Shown here piece by piece: positions 47,331 to 62,452 of a stretch of DNA of 64,000 nt. The stretch's first letter is position 1. Every line of letters begins with the position of its first letter. The stretch is from the human T2T-CHM13v2.0 reference genome, Homo sapiens: NCBI RefSeq assembly GCF_009914755.1, contig NC_060928.1; one strand, 5' to 3'. Below the pieces are notes generated by a model that had not been told where the DNA came from, did not search any database, and was given only the letters and a program-made list of their open reading frames with translations. The translations under genes and the position numbers were made by a program.

Positions 47331-47668
47331 TAGGTAAATAATTTTCTGAACATTTTTCTAATCTGGTGGCCTCATGTAAACACATACGTTTTTATTTTTA
47401 TCATGAACTGTTCTGACTCTATGTCGTTTTTGTGACTTTGGTTTATAAATTACTGAAGGGCTAGTCCTTGCAGAAATTGTTATATCCCTTATGCTATGTT
47501 TAATATTATTGCTCAATATTTGGTTTCTTTAGGGAGAACATTGAATGCTATGTACAATATACACACTTTAAGGAAGATTTAAAACAATTGTGGTTCAAAA
47601 CATGGTAAGGTAAACACTTAGATTGGAGAGATTAAACTAAAAATGTAAAAAGGAAGGAAAGACTATAA

Positions 47669-48164
47669 TGTTTAGGGGGGGCAAAATTTTACCTCTACAC
47701 TTTTAGGAATTTTTGGCTGGACCTGAGAATTAAACTGACACAAGACAGATCAACAGAAGAAAAGCATACAAATGTATGTAATGCAGGTTTCACACAGGAG
47801 CCTTCATAAGGAAATGAAGACCCACAGATGCAGTTAGAGCTGATCACTTATGTACTGAATCCAACAAAAGTAAGTTGTGAAAAAAGCAACCAAATTATGT
47901 GGGAGACTAGATGATGGGTGATTTTAATAAAGACCGTACGTGATTCTCTCAGCCTCAACTTCCTGTTTCTGATGACAGAAGGGTTACTTTCCTTCTAGTA
48001 TCGAGAGGACATCTCTCACATGGAAATGTTATCTCCTGCTTTTACGAAACAGAAGGGAGGTCAGCCTGATCTACTTGCCCCTCCCACTTCTCAACTGCTT
48101 TTGACTCAAAATAGTCAGTTTGCAAGAGTCACATATTTGAGGGTGCCTCTTCTCAAATCCTGCA
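47669..48164 (-). mobile_element. ERV1-class solo LTR (MER31/MER90-like)
   Basis: TG..CA ends; minus start tgcaggatttgagaagaggcaccctcaaatatg..tattttgagtc. Confidence 0.55.
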
Positions 48165-49289
48165 AATGTTATAAATAAGAAAGAGGTAGTGAGCAAGTAT
48201 AAAACTAACTTTGAAGTATAAAGAGATCATTTTTATTCGTACCCACAAGTCCTTTTATTCAACCCTTCTTTCTTTCACAATTGTTGACCAAGAAACCATG
48301 TACATAAGAAACAATGCCAAGTAGAATGGAGAAGGTTGTACCACTCCATGACCTCATCAAGGGCCTTATATCCCCCAACACAGGCTCCTGGGAAAAAGCA
48401 TCAGTGGAAAATTCAGCTGCAGCCAAGAAGCTCGAAGGAAATTTCTACTTTCTTTTTTCTCCCCATACTCTAAGGCTCTCGGCTATTCCAGATGGAGAAA
48501 ACAAACTCCTGTCCGATTTACCTACCCAGTCACAGATGGTCATCTTGGAACAGAAAGTGAATAGCAGGTCTGTGCCAAGAGCCAGGCCTACCCTGTCTTG
48601 GGGAGCTCCTTACCTAGGAAGGGTCAAGAAAGGACAGCTAGGGGCACCATCCTTTAGCATACTGGGAGCCTTCCCACTAGTAAAATGCAATTTAATAAAT
48701 GTTTTGGTCTCTGACCAATGAGATTAACAGCTCCTTATCCTTTAGGAGGAGCCAGTGAAGAAGACACAGAAAACAATAGAGGAATTGCCTTCCCAACAGA
48801 TGAGAACATAAAAGTCTACAGCACAGATACTTAAGCAAGGAGTTCACAGAGAAATTTCAGATATTTGAACTGGATTTCCAAGGAAGCATTTCTTTGATTT
48901 CTTTCTTATATGTTAAAGATTATTTATGTGGGGTGAAAACAACAAAACAGCATCAATAATAAAAATTAACCAGGTTCAATTTTATTATGAAGAAATAGTT
49001 TTACACCTAACATGGATAGAGATGGATATGATAGGAATACACTATTGTTACCATGCTATGATGTCTAAAACATTTTTTGATATAAATAATCTCCTTACTT
49101 ATATTGATATTATTCTTTGTTTACATCAAGCCTGATTACACAGGGCAATGTCAAGGAAAAACAAATACAATGAGTCTTATGCAACCTTTGGTTAATCTGC
49201 ATTGACAAACATGTTGGAACACCAAAGGTTCAATATGGCCTGTTGACCAAGATTCTTGCAAATCAAAACATGAAACTAAAACCAATACT

Positions 49290-50372
49290 ACAATGCTTCC
49301 TCTATTCACATATCAGAATGTCTAAAATTTAAAGACTCACCATACCAAGTGTTGGCAAGAATGTGGAATAACTGAAACTCACACACATGACTGATGGGAA
49401 TGTAAAAATAGTATGTGCACTTTGGAAGATAGTTTGGAAGTTTATTAAAAATTGAAAATATACCAAGTCTATGACCCATCCATTCAACTCTTAGGAATTT
49501 ACTTCAAAAAAATGAAAGCCAGTGTCCATGCAAAGACTTGTACGTGAATGTTCATAGCAGTTTTTTATAATAGCCCAAAACTGGAAACAACCCAAATGTC
49601 CATCAGTAAATGAATGGATAAACAAATTGTGTTGTTCAAGCATACTATAGCAGGGGTCTCCAACACCCAAGCTATGGACTGGTACCACACAGCAAATACC
49701 CAAGTCAGGAATTGGGCCACACAACAGGAGGTGAACAGCAGTTGAGCGCACATCACTGCCTGAGCTCCGCCTCCCATCATTTCAGCCGGGGCATTACATT
49801 CTCATAGGAGCACGAGCCCTATTGCAGACTGCACATGCAAGGGATCCAGGTTGCACACTCAATATGATAATCTAAGGCCTGATGAAACCACCACTGCCAC
49901 CACCACCCCCTACTCCTGTCTGTGGAAAAATTGTCTGCCACGAAACCAGTCCTTGGTGCCAAAAAGGTTGGAGACTGCTGCAGTGTAGAATGCTACACAG
50001 CAATACACAGAAATGACTTATTGAAACCCACAACAACGTGGATGAATCTCAAAATAGCTATGCTGAGTGAAAAAAGCCAGAAAAAAAAAAGAGTCCATAC
50101 TCTATGATTTCATTTGTATTAAGATCTGGGAAATGAAAACTAATCTTCAGTGACAGGAAGCAGATTAGCAGTTGCCTAGGAAGAGCGACTGCAAAGGATA
50201 AGAGGAGGAATTACAAAGCGCCCAGGAAACTTTTGCAGGTGGTGGATATGTTCACTATCTTGACTGTGGTCATGGTTGCGTGGGTGCATACATAATGTCA
50301 ATTTGCCGATTATATGCTTTTAAAATGTGCCATTTCTTATGTGTCCATTATACCTCAATAAAGCTGTTTAAA
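49290..50372 (+). mobile_element. L1M(C/E) 3' fragment interrupted by MER1
   Basis: ataccaagtgttggcaag..aactggaaacaacccaaatgtccatca..tatacctcaataaagctg. Confidence 0.85.
49651..49980 (+). mobile_element. MER1B-like hAT-Charlie element
   Basis: Termini caggggtctccaac..ggttggagactgctg, 330 bp. Confidence 0.85.
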
Positions 50373-50375
50373 CAG

Positions 50376-50377
<2 letters not shown>

Positions 50378-50418
<41 letters not shown>
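50378..50418. repeat. (CA)20 microsatellite
   Basis: Direct reading. Confidence 0.95.
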
Positions 50419-50421
<3 letters not shown>

Positions 50422-53290
50422 CTGAGAAGGCCCCTTCTATCTGCTCCTCCTCAAATACAACAGACCATATGGCTCTTTTTTTTTTTTTTTTTTTAAATCA
50501 AGATGACTAAGTTTAAAGAGGCTGGAATGTACCCACAATTTACTTTGCCTGGTCACAAAAGCCTAGACTTGAGAAGCTGTGCAAGGATGCTTGACAGAGG
50601 ACCGGTCGCGAAGCCCATGACTGAACAACAGGAAGGAGTCCTGTTTGTTTTCAGAAAGAAACAAGCCCATTCTCAGAACCATGTGACAGGAAGGAGTTTG
50701 TTCCTGACTTGGGGTTTGGCTGGTATTTTCAGCTAAAAGAACGAAGTAAAACTTTTGAGTCAAGTCTCTGAAGTTACTATTTTGGAGACTGCTGAAAATC
50801 TCTCTTTTTTTTTTTTTTTTGGTCTCGGTTGCCTCTCTGGAAGGAAAGATTGGAAGTGGAGAAGCAAACTTTTCAATGTGGAGGAAACATTTCTGGAGGC
50901 TGGTGTCAAGAGTAACTCAGCCTTTCAATTTCTCAGCAGGCAGAAATCTGCAGAACTTTTCTGAAGGTTACTTCTGCTCAGAAGGCTTTAAAATTGAAAA
51001 GCAGAATTGTAATCCTTTTGCTGTTAACACAGATGGTCTCAATGATTCAAGCCTTACCACAATGTCTTCTTTGAGTTGAACACAAAAGAAATTATGGGAT
51101 AGGATTCTGGTGCTCCTTGACAAACCTCCTCCTCATATGACAAAGCAAGCCATGGGAGTTTGATTTCGGTTTGCTTCTGCCTTCCTTTGTAGGTACAGGT
51201 TTTCTTCACTTCTTGAAGCCCAAATCTTCCATCAGTTGGCTTTCAAAGATTGTTTACACATTTCCAGTTATGCCACAATCACTTCTTATACAAACCAAAC
51301 CATAATCCTCTTCATTAAAAGTTGCTTTGAGCAGAATTAAAGCTTATTTTGTTTTAGTTGCAGAGTTTGGAGGCATTTCTATTTTACGATTAGGAAGTGA
51401 TCATTATGAAAATCAAGAATGAACGTGCCTGGACGCTTCCTAGGTTTTTATAAACTGGCCATGTGCTGGAAATGAACGTGGAGTGAAAGGAAATTAAGCT
51501 GTGGGAAATATTTGCATATACACTTTTGTGTATTTTTTAGAGGTCTCTAGCCTCCATCAGCTTTCTAGAGACACTTGGTCCAAAATAGTTTAAGAGCTGC
51601 CGGTCTAAGGCAACGCTGCTTTGTTAGGAAAAGTTGATAAGTACAGTTGTACATATGGTACTCCTGAAATGATGGCCAGATCTTGCAATGGAAACCAGTA
51701 GTACATGGCACTGGATAAAAGAAATTTAAGCATTAACATCACAAAAATTTTTTGTTAGTATACATATTTTTAAACTATTGAAAATCAGAAGAAACAGTAC
51801 TTTGCTGCTACTGTATATTTTAATTTTGTTTCATTTTGAATTACATAGATGGGAAGGAGACCATAAGCTTTTCTTAGTCCAGCCTTGCCAGCAGGCCATC
51901 AGATCATGTGAAAGCTGGGAGACAGATTAAGATTCAGGTGGTATATATTGATGTGACAGTTGGAGGTATGGAAAATATGATTAACAGTAACTAATTTTTT
52001 TTCAGTTTTCTTATTGGTGTTAGATTAAATCTTTAAATGCTGAATAAGCGTTAATTATGATCTAGGCATGTTCTAGCAATCCTGACACAATGGTCATTAA
52101 GATAAATAGAAGGGTTATAGATAAACTCTGCAGGAGTTTTTTTTTTTTTATAATGAAATTGGTGGTGGCTGCTTCAATGCCTCCATAGATCAGTGAATAC
52201 AGAAGTGATAATCAACCTAATAAGGTAGCTGTTTCCAGGTGTAAGAAGAACCATTTGATTAATTGCTTCTAGACTGAGAAAACATGTAACGCTTTAAAAC
52301 TAGAAAACTTATTATGCTTTTTACAAATGATGAATAAGCATGATGAATAAGGTGAAGTGTGAATTATCTACATGACCCAATAATGTGTTTCATAGTAACT
52401 CAGCTGAAATTTGCTAATTAGCTTTTTATTTTTCAAAAAAACCATAGCAATTTTTATTTAAGAGTTAAATAGCTAACACTTTTTAAAAGTTATACTTGAT
52501 TTGTTTACAAATAAGCTGATGTCATCAAATCAATGGTCCACTCTCAAGCTTTATATTACTTGACCTTCATCAGCATTGGTCCACCCCTTTCTTCATGAAA
52601 TATTTTATTTTCTAGGTGTTCCAAACAAAACAGCCTCCTTACTACTATCCATTGGTCACCCATTCCAAGACTCCATTTCTGGGTTGTCTCTGTCTCCAAG
52701 ATCTCTCAATATCAAGAACTCCAAACTGTCTGCTGGGTCATTGTCCTTTCCCATCTATGCTCTATTTAAGCAGCCTCAACGGGTTCCATGGTTCTTAATG
52801 CCCTCAGTATGCTGAAGATTCCCAAATCCTTTTCTTCAGTGCCAATCTATCTCCTAACCCAGGTTCACTGTACAACTGCCTTTTAGATATTTTCATTTAG
52901 ATAACCATGAGGCATCCAAAATTTAACATGGCCAAATAGAATTCTTGCTTTCTTCCCCAACACCCACACACATCTCACAAAAAATATACTTCTTCCAAAG
53001 TTTTATTTATCACAGAAACTTGTCCTAACACCCTCCAAGTTGCTTGGACCAAAAAATGTACATGGCAAAATTTGATTCCTCTCTTTGTTTATGGTAGAAT
53101 TTCACAGAAAGGCCCATACCTCTGTGTTCAAAATATATATATAGTGCATCTCCCATGGAAGCCCAAGCCATTATATTCTCTTTTCTGAACTACTGAAACA
53201 GTCCCTGTCTCCCTGGCTTCCTCTGCCCACCTGCAGGCTCATTCCATCTACCACTTCACCCTGCATGATTTTCTACTAAAAGTAGAACTA

Positions 53291-53617
<327 letters not shown>

Positions 53618-53639
53618 TCAACTCTTCACCGTTATTCAA

Positions 53640-53798
53640 AGCTTTGTTATTGGAAGTGTGGTAGGAGGACCAGCAACGTGGATTTCATCTGGAAGCTTGT
53701 TAGTGATATACAATCTCAGGCATAATGAACCAAAAATGGTGTTTTAAGAAGGTCCCCCAAGTGACTCATATGTGCATTATAGTCTAAAAAACGCTGGT
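53640..53798. mobile_element. MER5A-like DNA element
   Basis: gtgtgg..ggaccagcaac..ggaagcttgttag..caagtgactcatatgtgca. Confidence 0.6.
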
Positions 53799-54796
53799 TT
53801 AAAACGCCCTACAAGATCTGGGTCCTGACTTCCTCTTCAGACTTGTTCTCTGCTCTTTTCTCTTCTCTCACCAAAATCAGCCACAATGACCTCCTATCTT
53901 TTTGTCCCACACAGTAGGTGCATTCTATCTTAGAGGATTTTTCCTTGCTCATCCTTCTACTTGGAACTCCATTCTCTCAAATCTTAGCATGACTGAATCC
54001 ACGTGTCATTCAGGTCTCGGTTCAGATAACACTTCACAGAGAGCTATTCCAGGCCACTCATGCGAGAGTGCTCCCACCCAAGTCACTGGATCACATTACT
54101 TCTCTTTTCCTTGCTCTTAAAAAGTATTTGGGCATTTCTCATTTGTTTGTCTTTACGACTTTTATTATCACTCCTCACAAGGTCATAAGCACCTTGAAGA
54201 TAGGGGCTTTGTTTATCTCAATCATTCATAGATCCACAACACGCAGAACAGTTCCTGACACAAAGCAGATGCTTAATAAAACCAAATTATAAGTAACTGA
54301 AGTCTTGTTTTTGTAGACTATGAAAAATGCATACATGTATTGCTCTAGTTAAAGGAAACAATGTGAATAATATCTATTTATTCCTAAACTCCTAACATGG
54401 CAAAATTATTCTCCAAATCTGATCTAGAAGTAGCTGATATTTTGTCTCTAGATGTGTTTTCACAAGCTTGCACGGTTTGTTTGTAAACTGATTCCAAATA
54501 CAGGAAGATTTTACTTACAGATCCCAGTTTTGGGTGTCTTTAAAAATCCTGAACATCTGGCAACACTAGGTCTGCCTTTCCTCAGAGCCACAACAAGGAG
54601 AAGTTGAGTAGCCGCCTCCAGGTCTCTACCATTCACACCATGTATTCAGCCAACATGTAAGCTAACTTTTGCTCACTAATGAAACCCAACTATTAAGTTT
54701 TTGACCCTGATCCCAATTAAAGTAACCTCTTTATTTGTAGCTAAAAAAAAGAACTATTTAAAAAAAATAAGATCCTCATATATAAAACTTGTGTAC

Positions 54797-55228
54797 ACAA
54801 TAGCAAAGACATAGAGTCAACCTAAATGCCCATCAATGATAGACTGGATAAAGAAAATGTGGTACATAAACACCATGGAATACTATGCAGCCATAAAAAA
54901 GAATGAGATCATGTCCTTTGCAGGAACATGGATGGAGCTGGAAGCCATTATCCTTAGCAAACTCACCCAGGAACAGAAAACCAAATACCGCATGTTGTCA
55001 CTTATAAGCGGGAGGTAAATTATGAGAACACACAGACACTTAGAGGGGAGCAACATACACTGGGGCCTTTTGGGAGGGTGGAGGGTGGGAGGAGGGAGAG
55101 GATCAGGAAAAATAACTATTTGGTAGTACTTAATATTAATCTGTACAGCAAACCCCATGATACAAGTTAATCTATGTAACAAACCTACACATATATCCCT
55201 GAACTTAAAATGAAAGTTAAAAAAAAAC
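54797..55228 (+). mobile_element. Older L1PA (PA13-16-like) 3' end
   Basis: ORF2 C-terminus MIDWIKKMWYINTMEYYAAIKKNEIMSFAGTWMELEAIILSKL plus 3'UTR and A tail. Confidence 0.9.
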
Positions 55229-56202
55229 CTTTTGTACAGTTGTATTCAACCATTGTTTCATGAAACTTTTGTTTAAATGTTATTACATGGCTACCATGCC
55301 TAACATTAAATCCTCCTTGATCTTTCTGCTAAAGAATAGTGTGTTCTTAAACAATGAGTATTTATTTCTTTAGGAAAAAATTAGATTCAGTCTTACTATT
55401 TAGTGATTGAAGTAAGTCACTTAACTCTAAATCAAATTTACTCTATTTAAGCCTTCCCTAAACTGTGTTTGCAACAGGGCATAAACGTGGTGCTAGATTT
55501 AATCTCAAAAACACCTGACAACTCAGCACGTCTACTTTTAGGAAAACACCAGCGCTTCTTTCTACGTTATGTTCCTCTTTATCTTTTATCTGCCAACATC
55601 TGTATATTATCTTTTATTAAATTTCTGCCTGTTGAGGAAACATTTCTTTTCCTTTTTTTCAAGCATTAACATATCTAAGGCTATATTTTAATCCCATTTA
55701 AATATTCCTTAACAGTTGTCTATGAAATATTTCAGAATGTCACGTATTGCCTAATTGATATACCACTGAGTCTCCCTGGAGAAGGAGTGTTGTAAAATAG
55801 CTTACCAAAGGTTCCCTCAATAAATCAGAGTTCCCGTTGTTTTGAAACACACTGGGAAGAGCTAAAGCTGTAGTTTTGATTAACATAGACAAGTCCAAAA
55901 TGTTTCTCAGTTTTAAATGTTTCCATCAATCAGTAATTCAGCTCCAGAGTTGCCATAGAAGGTTATGGGAAAAAAATCCTTCTGCTTTTCCAATATCAAA
56001 GAGAGAGATGTTCTGGAAGGTTTTATTTTTGCCACCCTGTTTCTAATGCATTTCGCCTTAAGAATAATATTACTCATCTCCAGCAATCAGGCTCAAGGAG
56101 GAAATTTGATACCATTCTGTGGGTCATCCCCAGATCTCTGCAGGCTTCTGGCAGATGTATGATGTAGTGGGCACCACTAACTTTGTCTGCTAGGGTATTA
56201 GT

Positions 56203-56594
56203 AGGACGTGGTCTACTGAATACCGGACAGACATTTGGAAATTAAACTAATCAAAATAGGCTAATTTCACGTGCTAAGCAATGCAATTTCCCTGAATTTG
56301 TAGTTCCATGATCTACTTTTTCTTCTACATTTCTCTTACTCCCTCTCTTCTCCGTTTACAACACAAAATTCAACAAACTGCTAACTCTAGCTATTAATAT
56401 CCCATAGTATTTCTCTAAGCAGCTTCATAGTCACAGTTTCAGTTAAGGCTCTAGGGCTTTCATTCCTGAACTACGTGTACTACAGATCCCAGTTAAAATC
56501 TCTATCCTTCCCACAACAGTGGTTGACCACCTTCCTCAACATTGGATTTGGGGTGATAATGACAACATTCTGAACAAAGCTCATTTTTTCCCCT
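56203..56594 (-). repeat. Inverted duplication, copy B
   Basis: Reverse complement of 46556-46953. Confidence 0.92.
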
Positions 56595-58129
56595 AACCCC
56601 CAGCTAAATAGAAGAAATGTTAATGTTACTCCTCTTTAGATTTTTTTAATTAAGAATATTTTTAAAGGATTTTTTTATGATTTAATGGGACACAATGAAA
56701 AGATATTTTGACAAAGGTAAACATCTGAAACTGAGGCAAAGAATTTTAGATGTTGCCTGTGTAACCATTATTCCATGATCAAAAGCCCAATGTTTAACAT
56801 ATCCTGATTTCATCATTAAACAAGCATAAGAAAAAAAAAAAAAGAAAACCATAAAAGTGAAATAGATTACATCTTGTAATAATACAGCTATGAAATTCTG
56901 ACCAGAATGAAAATATGAGTATGAAGAGAGTAATCATTTGCTTATTAATTCAAGGAACAATTTGCCATTTTTCAAGTATTATGAAAATAAGAGACTGTTG
57001 GACTCTTTTTAAACACGCAGGTTTTTCAAATGTATGTACAGTAATATTATAGCTCTGGTGAAAATTTTGATGAAAACAAAATTTTCTGTCTTCTTTTACT
57101 TACCTTGCCCTTTTCAAAAAATAGTGCTTAATGTTAACCAATGGACAGTCTAACTACCTGAAGCTTTTCATTCAGCTTTATTTTCTCAGCAACTATGGTT
57201 GAAACTGACAAGTTAGGTGAAAGGTTGTGTAAGTATCCAGGCAGGGGCAAAAATATCGAGTTATCCCCAAATACTAACAAGCACATAGGTAGAATATTTC
57301 TACCAAGTTAAAGAGAATAAAGGAACCACATTGAGCAGAGCTACCTTATTCAAGGACCTCATTATCTCAAGGCACCCCAATTGAATAAGTGTACCATTAT
57401 TCCCTTCGTTCTGTGCAAACAGCAGACGTAGAGCACAAAGAGAGACGATTTCAGTGAATCACACTGTAATTATAAATGCCACATTAAAAAATGGAACAAA
57501 AGCAACAGCAGGACACTGTAACGTCGATGGTTAAGGAGGGCAAACAGAGAAACATTCTCAAAGGCCACAATAAATTACATGATCCAGTTCTTTGTTACAG
57601 GCAAATTATTGGACAATAAGAGAGACACTGAACACAACTTATCAGTGGTAAAGTAACTTGCACACATTCTCCTACCACTGAAATATTCCTGTTACCTACA
57701 CAACTGCATTTGTATATACAAGCAAGAATTTTGATGCACTAAGTAATTAATATAGCTCTCTAGTATTTTTTTTACCTCTGTGCTTATTCTATCTGGGCAA
57801 GGTGTGGTAATAGCACCTTAAAAAATAAGATCAGATTTAGGAGTGAAGAACACTGCATTGGAAAAGGTAATTGCTAATTTTATTGTATTTTAATTATTTG
57901 ACCATTTGTGCACAAAATTAAATAATACTTGCTTCATCTCTATATTTTACTCATCTATGACCTTCTTTTATTATTTATTCCTTTTTTACTTATTTATTAC
58001 ACAAATTTATTAACACTTGTGAATATATCTTACAAGCCCCAGACCTAGACAATTCGCAATAACTTACATTTACCGGTGAGTTCCTTCCCTGTATCCCAGA
58101 CCAGAGAAACCCCTCCTCTGAATCGTGAC

Positions 58130-58425
58130 TGTATCGCCCTCTTTCTTCTAACCCACATCCGTGTGTATGATTAACAATCAGATATTTTTAGTTTTGGTTA
58201 TTTTCAGACTTATACAGCTAATGCTGCATGTAATCTCCTGTGATTTTCTTTTGTCACCAAATACTATATTGCTAAGATTAAGCTACATTGTTCCTTATTG
58301 TTGTGATTCAATCATTTTCACTGCTGTGTAATATACCATTGTGTGAATTCATCCATTCTTCTGGGGACACTTGGGTTGTTTCCAGGTTTTTGCTATTGCA
58401 CAGAATGCTGTTTTGAACATTCTGA
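58130..58425 (-). mobile_element. Old L1M fragment (resumes ~60260-60540)
   Basis: attttcactgctgtgtaatataccattgtgtg..cacttgggttgtttccagg. Confidence 0.65.
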
Positions 58426-59264
58426 TTGACACAGACCTACCTCTAAAATCTGAGGGCTCCAGAGCAAGAGGATAAATGGAGGCTCGCACATGGTTATCTC
58501 ATACTAAGTGTTGTAAATCCTGCTCCAACCACTGCCCCAGTCCTCCTTATACCCAGAGACCCACAGCCTGTTCCTGGCCCTGGCACTTTTGAGAGAAGAC
58601 TGGACCCTCCTGAACCCAAGTTCAGACTAAGTCAAGTTTTCCCGGAAGCCAAGGCAGGCAAACACTTTCCCTAGCTCCTTGCATTTCTGACTTGAAATTT
58701 TCACATAGTCCTAAGCACCTCTCAAAACTGCCTAAGGGAGGCAGTATGCATTTCCTGGGGACTCTGATTGCCTGGCCCTTGATGCTGGGGCTTCTGGGTG
58801 GGAGCCATTCTTTCTTTGATATCCCAGGGCCGTGGCTGCTCCCTGCTGCCGTAGACACACACCCACTCTCTCACATTCAGACAGGCATCCTTCGACTTGT
58901 GATGGTACCTGGTGAGTTCCTTGCCTGTCATTCTCATTAGCACCATTTTCCAATTTTCAAGAAAATGTCTTATAGTACCAAAAAGAAAAAAAAAAAACAA
59001 AGCTTGACTTAGTCTCAATTTGGGTTCAGGTGGGTCTGCTCTCCTCCCAGAAGTGCTAGAGTCTGGTCTAGCTTCTGCTTATTCTGCCCACTCAGGTCAC
59101 AGAAGCGTGGTGGTCTAGGGGATAGGATGGCCCTTTGCATTTCCATGTTTGAGATTTGCAGCTTCCTCCAGTGGGCAGAGCCCAGAGTGGGGTCCCATCT
59201 GCCTTGATCTAAGAGCAATACTACCGGTGCACATCGGCAAGAATTTCTCCCAGGTGGGATAACT

Positions 59265-60253
59265 GCATTAGTTTTCTATGGCTGCTGTAACCAATGACCA
59301 CAAACTGGGTGATTAAAAACAAAACAGGAATTTATCTTCTCCCAGTTCTGAAGGCCAGCTGTCTGAAATCCAGGTATTGGCAGGGCTGTACTCTACTCCA
59401 TACCTCTCTTCTAGCTTCTGGTAGTTACCAGCAACCTCTGGTATGTTCGTTTGCTATGGTTGCCATAACAAAATACCACTGTCTGGGTGACTTAAACAAA
59501 TTGAAATTTATTTTTTTCACAATTCTGAAGGCCAGAAGTCCAAGGTCAAGAAGCTGACTGGATTGCTTCCTTCTGAGGCCTCTCTCCTTGGCTGGCAGAC
59601 GGTTGTCATCTTGCTATGTCCTCATATCATCAGCCCCCTGCATGCACACATCCCTGGTATCTCTATGTCCTAATGTCCTCTTCTTATAAGGACATTGCAG
59701 TGGGAGTCTAAATTGTTACATGTACTTTGGAAAACACTTTACTCATAAAGTTGAGTATTTATATATATTTCTGCTCAGCAATTCAATTTTAAATATATTG
59801 TTTAGTTTTAGTTGCCTTTCACTTTATAAAAATGTTATTATAGGGGTTACATTTTGGCCCCGTCAAGTTAGACTGGAGCTCACCTTCCTGGGCTCATATG
59901 AACTTAATGAACTCTTTAAAGACCTTATCTGCAAAGACAATCACATTCAGAGGTACTGGGGGTTGGGCTTCAACCTATGAATTTCAGGGGTAGGGGGACA
60001 TGAATCAGTCCCTAACACACAGCATGCCTTATCTTGTAGAAACATCCTTCCAATTTCTGCCTCCAGCTGCATATCACCTCTTCTAGGTATCCTCTTCTCT
60101 TCTAAGATGCTTGTCTTTGGATGTAGGGTCCACCCTAAATCTCATCTTGTGATCTTTAATTTATATCTGCAAAGGCCCTTTTTCCAAATTAGGTTATATT
60201 TTTAGGTCTCCAGTGGACAAATCTTTTGGATGCCAAAATTTAACCCCTATAAT
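59265..60253 (-). mobile_element. Nested MLT1 LTRs (inner ~59444-60018 within an outer MLT1)
   Basis: Two MLT1 starts (gcattagttttctatggctgctg; gttcgtttgctatggttgccataac) and two ends (cagtccctaaca; aacccctata). Confidence 0.75.
59695..59858 (-). repeat. Inverted copy of 60232-60396
   Basis: Direct reverse-complement match, about 90%. Confidence 0.92.
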
Positions 60254-62126
60254 AACCTTTTTATAAAGTGAAAAGCAACTAAAACTAAACAATATCTTTA
60301 AAATTGAATTGCTGAGCAGGAAAATATATAAATACTCAACTTTATGAGATAAAGTGTTTTCCAAAGTGCATGTAACAATTTAGACTCCCACAGCAACATT
60401 TAAAAGAAATTCCATTGATTTACATCCATTACCCAGCAAGCTTTGTCCTCACTATTTTTGCCAATCAGATGAAGGTTAATGGCATTTTATTGTTGCCTTC
60501 ATTTGCATTTCTCTGGTTCCTTCTGAGGTGATTGCTTTTGAAGAGTTTTTCTTGCATCGTAGTTAGTATTCGGTATTGCAAACCATCATTTGTGATGAGA
60601 TTTTGCCAAGATTTTTTTTGAGTCATTAGTGACAAGTTTTATATTAAGTCTAAACTTGAAATGGAAATTCTACATCATCAGAAATTGAAATATTCTTAAT
60701 ATCTGTCAAAAGCCATCTTGTGTGATGCTAGACAAGTCATCCACTCTTGAGAACTCTTTCACTCAAAGTTAAGAAGAAATAGGCAGGGAAAAAGAGGTGG
60801 CAGAATTGTACTAGTTATTCTTTGTATGGTACATCTAAAACTCAGGGTGTTAGTATTAAGGAGTAAATGTCAACATCTCTAGCCAATTTGGACATATGGA
60901 TCACTATAAGAGCTTTCTCTCAGCCCAATAAGTCCTGAAGACAAGAATCATCTGACCACATGCCATTGTTATAGTCTAGCTTAGTGCATATGCCACATAT
61001 CTGCTTTTGATCACTAACAGCATCTTCTGCATACTAAAGTTAGAAATTTTTTTAAAAAAAGAAGAAGAATCAGAAATGCACAATAGGACCAATCAGTGGT
61101 TGCTCATTCATCATGCTGCCTTCAACTGTGTTGCCTAAAGGAGGTTCAGACACTGCAAATATGTGCGGTGCCACCTGCTGAAATGGCTATTTCCTGCCAC
61201 TCTCCAAACGTTTATTAGGGATGTAACCAGGCTATCTGGATGACTCAACATGCAACTCCTAGGAAATGAAGAGGCTCTTAATGACAAAATGCCATACTTG
61301 TTGAAATTATAGCAATATTCATTTACTGACTCTATATGAAGCAGTAGAACTTTTTGATTTCCAGTTGAGACAATCAGCTGATCTTGCACATATCATGGCG
61401 TGAATCTTGAGAGCAGAAAACTTCAGTTGGAGATCCTAATAGGGCAATAATTTTATTGTTGGGGGCGTCTATGGAAGTGCGGTGATGGGTATAAAGGAGA
61501 ACTATCAACCCGAAAGCATGATTTATATATTTGATATTGTCATTATTAGCACTTCAGTTAGGACTGGTTTGCTTGCCCCAAAGAAATCAACAGTCACATA
61601 AAAGAAAGAAAGACAACAATACCATCGGCACTTTCCAGGGCTTTCTAATCCTGGACAAAAGTTAAGTCCAAGGAGAAAAGCAAATACAGCAGCAGTGAGC
61701 ATAGAAAATTAGTCCCTCAATGTTTCCTCTAAAGTCTCAGTAAAAAATGATATGAAATATAGAAATAATGAAATATTAAAGTGCTTCTTCACATCCAACA
61801 AGCACCTACTGCCAGCAAGGAACTATAGAAGCTGCTTTGATAAGTATAAAAAAGCATAAAGACATAATCCCTGCCTTCAAAAATCTTAAAACCCGTTGGA
61901 AATAAAATCATAGAGAAAATAGAACTTTCAGTACTAGCTTCAGAAGAGAATCTGCCATCACTAATAAACTGCATGAAAGAAGGCTAGAAATAAAGATGAC
62001 TTCGACTTGCCTAAAGAAATTCCTATTGTGGATAGAGCTTTGAGTTGCCTGGACCTATCATAGCTATGTAATAAAATAGAAGTCTTCGTTAACAGATAGG
62101 AAGGCCTGATTAGATATCTGAATGAT

Positions 62127-62452
<326 letters not shown>

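Noticed and set aside
48314-48721. 135-aa ORF in unique sequence
   Set aside because: No recognisable family, splice structure or coding-like composition; length is compatible with chance
56184-56233. Hairpin as a known miRNA
   Set aside because: Short, bulged stem explained by the duplication junction; I recognise no miRNA
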